Source: Candidatus Rifleibacteriota bacterium (GTDB taxonomy: Bacteria > Muiribacteriota > Ozemobacteria > Ozemobacterales > Ozemobacteraceae). From it: 64,000 bases of DNA. The position numbers and the translations under genes are program-made. The DNA is taken from positions 3,662-67,661 of the forward strand of contig JAQVCG010000003.1 of assembly GCA_028689875.1 (NCBI GenBank). The letters run 5' to 3'. The notes beneath the pieces are model-generated. The model was not told the origin of the DNA, did no database searches, and saw only the letters and a list, made by a program, of their open reading frames with translations. Positions 17,642-25,447 of the stretch are shown here, piece after piece (positions within the stretch are counted from its first letter, which is position 1; each line of letters starts with the position of its first letter).

Positions 17642-18757
17642 TCAGACCCTTTGCCCGACGACTTCGTTAAGCAGTTTATGAAGAGAAGCAGGGTGCGGTG
17701 CAACTGAGAAAGCGTCTTCTTTAGATACAACGCGATCTTTAACAAGTCGGGCGAGCGACATTTCCATTGTGCACATACCCTGCTCAACGCCTGTTTCGAG
17801 ATAAGAGGGCAGCATATGTATTTTGCCTTCGGCGATTAGAGAGCGGACTGCCGATGTGTTCAGCAATATTTCGAATGCTGCGACACGGCCGCCATCGATT
17901 TTTGGAACTAAGACCTGTGAAACCACGCCGCGCAGAACCATAGAAAGCTGTAAAAGTATTTGCTGATGCTTTGATTCAGGAAATACATTGACGATTCTCT
18001 CTGCAGTTGCAACAGCCGATGTTGTATGCAGAGTTGCCAAAACAAGTTTTCCGGTTTCAGCGGCATTTAGGGTCAAAGAAATTGTAGAAGGCTCGCGCAT
18101 TTCGCCTACAACGACTATATCCGGGTCTTGGCGCAATACGGTCAAGAGACCGTCATAGAAGCTCAGGCAGTCAGAGCCGACCTGGCGTTGGTTAAAATAG
18201 CTTTTTTTGTCTTCGAATTGGTATTCGATGGGGTCTTCGAGGCTTACTACATGGCGGGCGGCTTCGTTGTTAACGTAGTTTAGGTAGCTTGCCATGGTTG
18301 AAGTTTTACCGGCACCGGTGGGGCCTGTTATTAAAATAAGTCCGTTAGGCTGCTCAATGAGCCTTCTTGCGGCCTGTGGCAAACCGATTTCGTCGAAAGT
18401 CATGATGCGGTATGGAATAACGCGAAAAACAGCGCCGAAGCCGTTAAGGTCGGTATAAAGATTAACTCTGAAACGGCATATTCCCTCGAGAGCATATGAA
18501 AAGTCAAGTTCGTGCTTTTCTCTGAATATGCGCTCTTGCTCTTGATTCAGCAAAACTTCGATAATTTTTTCGAAATCATATTTGTTGAATTTATATTCTT
18601 TGAGCTGCTTGATTACACCATCAATTCTGATAGCGGGAGGTTTTCCGACTTTAAGATGCAAGTCAGAAGCGTTTTGTTCGAAAGTAAGCTTAAGCAATTT
18701 AAATAAACTTCGTTCGTCTGCCATAGTTTTAGAGTATACCTGCTTATTGATGTACAT
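17642..18757 (-). CDS. pilT: PilT-type type IV pilus ATPase, catalytic motifs intact
   Basis: All four catalytic boxes are intact: Walker A GPTGAGKT, Asp box LEDPIEY, Walker B DPDIVVVGEMRE and His box ETGKLVLATLHT. The alternative start at 18724 (MADERSL) cannot be excluded. Confidence 0.85.
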   Translation of the reverse strand: MYINKQVYSKTMADERSLFKLLKLTFEQNASDLHLKVGKPPAIRIDGVIKQLKEYKFNKYDFEKIIEVLLNQEQERIFREKHELDFSYALEGICRFRVNLYTDLNGFGAVFRVIPYRIMTFDEIGLPQAARRLIEQPNGLILITGPTGAGKTSTMASYLNYVNNEAARHVVSLEDPIEYQFEDKKSYFNQRQVGSDCLSFYDGLLTVLRQDPDIVVVGEMREPSTISLTLNAAETGKLVLATLHTTSAVATAERIVNVFPESKHQQILLQLSMVLRGVVSQVLVPKIDGGRVAAFEILLNTSAVRSLIAEGKIHMLPSYLETGVEQGMCTMEMSLARLVKDRVVSKEDAFSVAPHPASLHKLLNEVVGQRV

Positions 18758-18806
18758 TCAAGAATAAACTATTCATAGGGGGGATGTAAATATATAAAAC
18801 TTTGCT

Positions 18807-18835
18807 TTGAAAAAATTACTTAAGTTTGGTATATT
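18807..18835 (+). promoter_or_regulatory. putative sigma70-type promoter with extended -10 for the HEAT/TPR gene
   Basis: TTGAAA (18807-18812), then a 17-nt spacer ending in TGg, then TATATT (18830-18835). It lies 36 nt upstream of the ATG at 18871. Confidence 0.4.
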
Positions 18836-18870
18836 ATCACTACTTCTTATTTTTACAGGGAACTCTTACA

Positions 18871-21291
18871 ATGACTAAAACAGCGGTTCTGATGAACATA
18901 CAACCTCTTATTGCGAGACTTATCAACAATTTTTTGATTGGAGAGTATGATTTAAGACGCGAATCAGCTATAGCACTATCAAAGTTCAAAGGTGAAAAAG
19001 CCACAGACTTTTTACTTGAAACCTATGAAAGCGACAACATTCAAGACTTTATGGCGCTTGCGCTAGGCAACATAGACAGCTCAAAGTCGGTGGGTTTGCT
19101 AATAAATGCACTGAATGATTCCCAACAAGAAGTAAGATTTAATGCTGCTCGCGCACTTGGCATGCTCGAAAACCCCGAAGCATTCGACATTTTAATGGAA
19201 GCTTTGAACACATACATTGAAACAGGCGCAGGCACATCGTTGCCGACAGAGGGCGAAGGGATAGAAGAACATTCTTCCCAGCTGTTTTTTGAAGAAGATG
19301 CGATTATCGGCGCAATAATAGCAGTTGGAAAAATCAAGAACTGGCGCGCAATTTCGCTGCTAAAAAAACTGTTAGGGCAAGAAAAAAGCCCGCGAATAAG
19401 GGCATCGATAATTATGGCTCTTGGTATGATGGCATCAGACAAGCTTATGCCTGTATTTCAGTCAGCTTTGCGCGATGAAGACCCCCGCGTAAGAGCAAAT
19501 GCCATTGAAGCAATCGAAGTTCTGAAGTCTAGTTCGATTGTGGGAATTTTGCAGCCCTACCTCGAAGACCCAAGCAACCGTGTACGTGCGAACGTTGCTA
19601 AGGCAATTTGGAAATACGGCGACTTCGAAGTAAGTGAAACTTTGCAGCAAATGCTTTCTCACAAAGATAAATGGTACAGAGCATCGGCAGCTTATGCTAT
19701 TGGCGAAACCGGCGATGCAAAGTTTCTGCGGCAGCTTTCCCAATCATTAAAAGACGAAGACCCTGATGTGCGTAGAAATGCGACAAACGCTATCAGAAAA
19801 CTGGAACTTAAAACTGCCCTGCCCCACGTTCGGCCCATGCTAAACGATCCAAATTTTGATGTGCGTGTCGAAGCAGTTCTGGCAATCACCAGATGCGCTC
19901 CCGATGATGCATTGGAAATTTTAAAAGAAAAATTGCCAAAAGAAGAAAACTTTATTGTTCAGGCAACTTTAATCTCTTGTTTGGGGCAATTAGGCAACGC
20001 CGAAATAATTGATTTGATTACGCCATATCTTGAATCAGAAGACCCGCGCGTGGTTTCTAACACAATAGAAGCCATATCTAAGATGACACGAGAACCTCAA
20101 TTAGAGCTCGTGCAGGGCATTAACAACCTTTTAAGCCATGACGATAACCGGGTTAAGAGCACAGCCATAAGAAATCTTTGGAGCTGGGGCAAATACGACG
20201 TATTAGACAATTTAAACTCCCTGTTTGCCTCTGACGAGAAAAAAATGGTTTTGTCGGCAACCTTTGTGTTAGGCGAAATCGGTAAAGAAATCAGCTTAAA
20301 CGATGAAATGGCAAAATCGGTCAACGAAATATTATCAAATCTTCTCGAAGACCCCGATGCCATAAGACAAGCAATTGGCAGCGCACCCAAATCAGATATA
20401 GCCTCACCTGCAACTGCAAAAGCCTCCGAACCGGAACAAACAAATGTCATTGAACAACCTAAGGCAGCAGAAAAGAGCAAACCCGAAGTGGCAAAATTCA
20501 GAGACAAGCTTGAAAAAGTCTCTGAAAACGCGGCGCAACCTATTGAGCCGCCACAGGAACCCGTAGTTACACCGCAAATAATCGCTGACACTCGTTTTGC
20601 CGACGATATTGAGCTTGCAAATGAATATGTAACAAGCAGAAACTTTGATTCTGCCGAAAAAATATACAAAAGCATATATACTGCAGAACCTAAACACTTG
20701 AAAAATCTGTTGGCTTATGCAAACCTGTGCTTTATGCAAAAACGCTACAACGAAGCAGCAGACCTGTATAACCGAGCCCTTGAAATCAACCCGAATATAG
20801 TTAAGGCTCTATTTAACTTAGGTACGATTTGTTTTTATACCCGAAAATATGAAAATGCAGTTAATTACTTGGCAAAAGCATTACAGCTTTATCCAAAGAT
20901 TTTAGGTGCATACTTAATTCTGGCGCAAATTTATCAAATTGCGGGAAAATACAGCGAAAGCATAAAGCTTTTATCTCATGCTGTCACTCTATCGCCGCGC
21001 AATCCGGTAATTTACCAAAAGCTTTCTGCACTGCACATTCAACTTAAACAGTATGATGATGCTATTAAAGTGCTTAAGCGCGCTGTAGAAATTTCACCGG
21101 CCGATGTTGAATCAAGGCTGATATTAGGTTATTGTCTCGAATACTGCAACAAACATCAAGATGCATTTATAATGATTGATTCAGCTATAAAAGCGGCCGC
21201 AAATTCGGCTAATACAGAGGTTTCGTTTAAGCAGCTTCATAAAGCATACGTCTTTTTGAATCAAATTCTCGAAGAACAAAAAATAATCTGA
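18871..21291 (+). CDS. HEAT-repeat plus TPR protein (paralogous architecture to 14461-16605)
   Basis: The N-terminal half carries HEAT units (EDPRVRANAIEAIEVL, EDPSNRVRANVAKAIW, EDPDVRRNATNAIRKL, DPNFDVRVEAVLAI). A Pro/Glu/Ala-rich low-complexity linker follows, then C-terminal TPR units (YNRALEINPNIVKALFNLGTICF...). I prefer the ATG at 18871 because the TTG at 18826 lies inside the predicted promoter. Confidence 0.8.
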   Translation: MTKTAVLMNIQPLIARLINNFLIGEYDLRRESAIALSKFKGEKATDFLLETYESDNIQDFMALALGNIDSSKSVGLLINALNDSQQEVRFNAARALGMLENPEAFDILMEALNTYIETGAGTSLPTEGEGIEEHSSQLFFEEDAIIGAIIAVGKIKNWRAISLLKKLLGQEKSPRIRASIIMALGMMASDKLMPVFQSALRDEDPRVRANAIEAIEVLKSSSIVGILQPYLEDPSNRVRANVAKAIWKYGDFEVSETLQQMLSHKDKWYRASAAYAIGETGDAKFLRQLSQSLKDEDPDVRRNATNAIRKLELKTALPHVRPMLNDPNFDVRVEAVLAITRCAPDDALEILKEKLPKEENFIVQATLISCLGQLGNAEIIDLITPYLESEDPRVVSNTIEAISKMTREPQLELVQGINNLLSHDDNRVKSTAIRNLWSWGKYDVLDNLNSLFASDEKKMVLSATFVLGEIGKEISLNDEMAKSVNEILSNLLEDPDAIRQAIGSAPKSDIASPATAKASEPEQTNVIEQPKAAEKSKPEVAKFRDKLEKVSENAAQPIEPPQEPVVTPQIIADTRFADDIELANEYVTSRNFDSAEKIYKSIYTAEPKHLKNLLAYANLCFMQKRYNEAADLYNRALEINPNIVKALFNLGTICFYTRKYENAVNYLAKALQLYPKILGAYLILAQIYQIAGKYSESIKLLSHAVTLSPRNPVIYQKLSALHIQLKQYDDAIKVLKRAVEISPADVESRLILGYCLEYCNKHQDAFIMIDSAIKAAANSANTEVSFKQLHKAYVFLNQILEEQKII

Positions 21292-21301
21292 TTATTAAAT
21301 A

Positions 21302-22069
21302 TCACGCCGGCATCAGGTCTGCGTTGTTTTCAACGCAAATTTTAAACATTCCGTAAAATTTTTCGAAATCTATGTTTGTGAATTTGAGAAAGACCTCATT
21401 AGCTGGGCTATCAGGCATCATGCGCATTGTGTTCGCGTAGTTTTCAAAGAAACAATCGCCGCATGTAACAATTAAAAGACGAACCATAAAATATGCCTGA
21501 AATAACGCAAAATATCGTCTAGTTGGGTTTGGAATATAGTTTATGTCTTTTTCCATGACAGAAAGAGGTATGAGCTTGCCATCTTTGCAAATGTTTTGTA
21601 ATTCGATCCAACCGGTTTTAAGCCAATCTTCTCGGTCACTTCGTGCGGCATAAGACAGTTGCAGAGCGAACCCTTCTCGTAGCCAAGAAGGGCTTCGCCA
21701 CTGTCTCACAGCGTTTTCACGTTCATCAACCATATTATTAAAAATAAGGTGCCCAAGTTCTTTTAAGGCAGCTTCACCGATATTCTCGCTTCTGATTCTG
21801 TCCATGTAAAATAGGATGGTGCTGCTTCGATAATCAACTCGATGTTTTTCGCCAATTTTCGGGGTAACCCCCATAATGCTTTCTAGCTCTTCAGCTGATT
21901 CGAGCAAAAAGAAAGTGCAAATATAAGGCACTTTAAGACAAAAAATGCCACATATATTTTTTTCAGCGGCATCAAGACACTGCAAGAGGTCAGATGCCAC
22001 CGTTTCATCTTTCTTGTTGAAATAGACAGTGTAAGCGCCCTTTTCAATTTTGCTCAAATCAACATTCAT
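21302..22069 (-). CDS. peptidase-MA-like protein with non-canonical zinc motif (KELGH instead of HExxH)
   Basis: ALKELGHLIFNN...(24 aa)...SWLREGFALQLSY parallels the HExxH...W(L)xEGxA signature of the Peptidase_MA_2 family, with the first His replaced by Lys. A 4-nt overlap joins it to the upstream ATP-grasp gene. Confidence 0.45.
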   Translation of the reverse strand: MNVDLSKIEKGAYTVYFNKKDETVASDLLQCLDAAEKNICGIFCLKVPYICTFFLLESAEELESIMGVTPKIGEKHRVDYRSSTILFYMDRIRSENIGEAALKELGHLIFNNMVDERENAVRQWRSPSWLREGFALQLSYAARSDREDWLKTGWIELQNICKDGKLIPLSVMEKDINYIPNPTRRYFALFQAYFMVRLLIVTCGDCFFENYANTMRMMPDSPANEVFLKFTNIDFEKFYGMFKICVENNADLMPA

Positions 22070-23229
22070 TTTAACGCCTGAATGAAATGAATCATTTCTT
22101 TAATGTCATCTTCTATCGGCGACCTTACAAGAAATGCTTCGTTGCCCATTACATCGGCAAATATTGGCGGCACCGGTGCATAAGACGCAATTTTTTCTCC
22201 ATATTTTTGGAAAATTTCGTCGTGTGTATACAGGTAGTTCTTGCCTTCTCTGCGTGCAATGTGTGCAGCATAATATTTACGTTCAAAATCGGCCTTAAAT
22301 TCGTTGAAAGCTACTATATTAGCCCATTCACGATAAACACTAATGTCGTCTGCAAAGTTTATCAAGTCGAGTGTATAACCGCCGGGTGCACGACAGTTCA
22401 TTTCGAGTGTAAAGAGTTTATTGTCGGATTTGCGGCGCAAAAACTCTAAATGGAAGAACTTCGCTCTGATATCAAAGCCTTTAAGCACTTTTCGACCGAC
22501 TTCTTCAGCGTCTTTGGGAATCTCTCTGACAATATAAAAGCTTAAATCTTCATCGTTCTCTATAACATCTGAGGCACTGTTGGTAGAACGAAGCGATGAA
22601 GTAAACGCAATTTCACCGTTTTGGTCGGCAATCCCGTCGAAAGTCATCAGAATACCATCTATAAAAGGTTCAACAAAATAATCCACATCGGGTTTATATT
22701 TCCAAAAAGTTTCAACATCTTCTTCATTAGAAATTGTAAAAGTTCTTGTACCGCCTACTCCGATGTCCGGCTTGGTGAATACGGGGTAGCCATGCTTTTT
22801 TATAAATTTTTGCAAAGATTTTTGGTCTTTAACGAGTTCACCTTCCACAACAGGAGCGCCTGCTTCTTTAAAAATCTTTTTCATCTCGGATTTGCGTTTA
22901 ATTTTTGTAGTTTGCGCTATATCCGGGCCGACTATATTGAAATCTTCTCTTAAGCGGGCTTCATGCATCATCCAATATTCGTTGTGTGATTCAACTCTGT
23001 CGATGCGACCGTGCTTATGTATAAAACAAGCGCAGGCTCTGTAAACCTGCTCGTAGTCGTCCATATTTTCTACTCTGTAATAGTCTGTAAGTGCCGCCTT
23101 TAATGCATCGTCAAGATGTTCATAAGGGGTATCAGCTATTCCAAGAACATTAACGCCGTTTTTTGCAAGTTCGATAGAAAAGTTAATAAAATTAGGCGGA
23201 AAGTGTGGTGAGATGTAGATTAGATTCAT
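22066..23229 (-). CDS. ATP-grasp domain protein (carboxylate-amine ligase type)
   Basis: The layout is a pre-ATP-grasp region followed by an ATP-grasp region: KRKSEMKKIFKEAGAPVVEG, GYPVFTKPDIGVGGTRTF, FFHLEFLR...LFTLEMNCRAPGG. Confidence 0.7.
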   Translation of the reverse strand: MNLIYISPHFPPNFINFSIELAKNGVNVLGIADTPYEHLDDALKAALTDYYRVENMDDYEQVYRACACFIHKHGRIDRVESHNEYWMMHEARLREDFNIVGPDIAQTTKIKRKSEMKKIFKEAGAPVVEGELVKDQKSLQKFIKKHGYPVFTKPDIGVGGTRTFTISNEEDVETFWKYKPDVDYFVEPFIDGILMTFDGIADQNGEIAFTSSLRSTNSASDVIENDEDLSFYIVREIPKDAEEVGRKVLKGFDIRAKFFHLEFLRRKSDNKLFTLEMNCRAPGGYTLDLINFADDISVYREWANIVAFNEFKADFERKYYAAHIARREGKNYLYTHDEIFQKYGEKIASYAPVPPIFADVMGNEAFLVRSPIEDDIKEMIHFIQALK

Positions 23230-23397
23230 TTAAATACCTTAAATTGTTAATTTGTCTGACAATTTTAATAGATTTTTAAACAAAGAGCAAGATTTTAAAA
23301 CCACAGGTTTCATCAAAAAGTAACAAAATAGTTAAAAAATTATGCTTAATATGTTACTATTGAACGCAAAGCTTATCTTTGTGGAAGGATTTAAAGT

Positions 23398-25437
23398 ATG
23401 CGCAACCGTGCCAGCACACCATTAGAGAACATGAAGGCTCAGCTTAAAGAGCTCTCTCAGAACAAGTTCAAGCAAAAATATTATGTACCCTCACTCTGGA
23501 CAGAAGCAGGAAAACCCTTAGATGACGGAAAAGAAGCCGTAGAAGTTAATCCGGGCGAATTCTATATAAAACATATAGAAGCCATAGAAAAACACAGGGA
23601 CGATAATATTAACCCGCTGAAATCGCTTAATTCACAGATTAAGGGCGGCAAAGGCGGAAGCTGGATAAACGATGAAGCGATATATAACATGTTTGTGCGC
23701 CTTACTGCTGCATTTGACCACAACCAAGACGGAAAACTCGGCGGAGATACCAAAGACGTTACCCTATGCAATGGAGTCAGAGAAGCAGGCACATTTTTAA
23801 AAGCCATAGCAATGCTTGGCTACATCAAAAGTTTGGGCTGCTCGGTTATACACCTGCTGCCTATTACTTCAATCGGTCACGATGGTAACAAAGGCGAATT
23901 AGGCTCTCCTTATGCGATAAAGAATCCTTATAAAATCGAAGAAACTTTGGCTGACCCGTTAATTGAAATGAGCGCCGAAGAACAATTTAAAGCCTTTATT
24001 GAAGCCTGCCACATTATGGGCATTCGCGTAATTTGCGAGTTTGTTTTCAGAACAGCAAGCAAAGACTCTGACATTATCGCCGAACACCCTGATTGGGTCT
24101 ATTGGTTAGACGAAAAAGTTCAAGACAGAAAAATTGGCGAAACTGACCCCGAAAAAATCGCAACAACATACGGAAATCCGGTTTTTGATGGCCAAGACCT
24201 GCATGTTATAAATTCAAAAGTAGCCGCTTATGATTTTAACGATCTGCCCGCTCCATCAAGCATTTATAAAAACTTTTTTAAACTTGCACCCGAGAAAAAG
24301 AGCGTCAAACTCACAAAAGAAGGCAAATACACTGCAAAAGGCAAAGACCCGGTCACCAAAAAAATGTGTGACGTGAGAATTCCCGGAGCCTTTGCAGATT
24401 GGCCGCCTGACGATAACCAACCACCCTGGGGCGATGTTACATATTTAAAAATGTACAAAGACGAAAACCCTGAAAACCCCGAGTTTAACTACATTGCATA
24501 CAACACAATCAGAATGTATGACAATAAGCTTGCTCAATTAGAGCTGGCAAACACAGAATTATGGGAATACATAATTGAGCTTATTCCGACATACCAAACC
24601 AAATACGGCATTGACGGCGTAATGGTTGACATGGGACATGCTGTGCCCGTAGAGCTCATGAGACGCTTAATCGAAAAAGCGCGCAATATTGACCCCAATT
24701 TCTGCTTTTTGTCAGAAAACTTTGAAATCACTCAAAGCAGCGTAGACGCCGGGTATAACGCGGTTGTAGGCTATTCTTGGTGGGTTGAATACAGACGCGA
24801 AGGTATGTATGACATGCTTGAGCACTTAGGTTCTCAGGGTGTGCCGCTGGCGTTTTTTGGCGCTGTCGAAAACCACAACACCCCACGCGCAGCCGCTAGA
24901 GCCGGAAAAGAGCTTTATTCCAAGTATGCGTTTTTGGTAAACACAATGTTGCCGCATAGTATCGTGTTTATACATTCCGGTCAAGAGCTGGGTGAAACCA
25001 TGCCGGTAAATACCGGTTTAGACTTTTCTAACGACGACTTAAAGTCATTAAATGGCAAAAAACTTGCATTATTCGATTTGTGCGCGTATAACTGGAACGG
25101 CAATCACGAAATGCTCGGCTTTATGCAAAAGGTAATCAAGCTGCGCAAAGAGTTTGGCGGCGCCATTATGCAAAAGAGCCCCGAATCTTTCTGCAAACTG
25201 CTTACAGGGCATTCTGACGTAATTGCGTTTATAAGACGCGGCGAAGGCATGCACGTAATGGTTCTTTTCAACCGAGACTTTGAAAATGAGCTTGGCTCTG
25301 AAATAGACTTAAGCTGGTGTTTGCCGGTCGATTGCAAAGAGCTCAAAGACCAAATCGAAGGCAAAACTTTTGAAGTAAAATATCAAAAGCTAAAATATAA
25401 TCTGATGCCGGGCGAAGCGGTGCTGCTGGCCTGGTAA
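23398..25437 (+). CDS. divergent alpha-amylase-family (GH13-like) protein
   Basis: Region II-like GIDGVMVDMGHAVP, region III-like CFLSENFE and region IV-like VENHNTPRAAAR are present, along with a TIM-barrel start GCSVIHLLPI. Confidence 0.6.
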   Translation: MRNRASTPLENMKAQLKELSQNKFKQKYYVPSLWTEAGKPLDDGKEAVEVNPGEFYIKHIEAIEKHRDDNINPLKSLNSQIKGGKGGSWINDEAIYNMFVRLTAAFDHNQDGKLGGDTKDVTLCNGVREAGTFLKAIAMLGYIKSLGCSVIHLLPITSIGHDGNKGELGSPYAIKNPYKIEETLADPLIEMSAEEQFKAFIEACHIMGIRVICEFVFRTASKDSDIIAEHPDWVYWLDEKVQDRKIGETDPEKIATTYGNPVFDGQDLHVINSKVAAYDFNDLPAPSSIYKNFFKLAPEKKSVKLTKEGKYTAKGKDPVTKKMCDVRIPGAFADWPPDDNQPPWGDVTYLKMYKDENPENPEFNYIAYNTIRMYDNKLAQLELANTELWEYIIELIPTYQTKYGIDGVMVDMGHAVPVELMRRLIEKARNIDPNFCFLSENFEITQSSVDAGYNAVVGYSWWVEYRREGMYDMLEHLGSQGVPLAFFGAVENHNTPRAAARAGKELYSKYAFLVNTMLPHSIVFIHSGQELGETMPVNTGLDFSNDDLKSLNGKKLALFDLCAYNWNGNHEMLGFMQKVIKLRKEFGGAIMQKSPESFCKLLTGHSDVIAFIRRGEGMHVMVLFNRDFENELGSEIDLSWCLPVDCKELKDQIEGKTFEVKYQKLKYNLMPGEAVLLAW

Positions 25438-25447
25438 AGGAATAAAC

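Noticed and set aside
18826-18870. TTG start at 18826 for the HEAT/TPR gene, as given in the ORF track.
   Set aside because: This start would place the coding region over the best promoter candidate (-10 at 18830-18835). It would also add a Tyr/Phe/Leu-rich 15-aa leader. The ATG at 18871 is more plausible.
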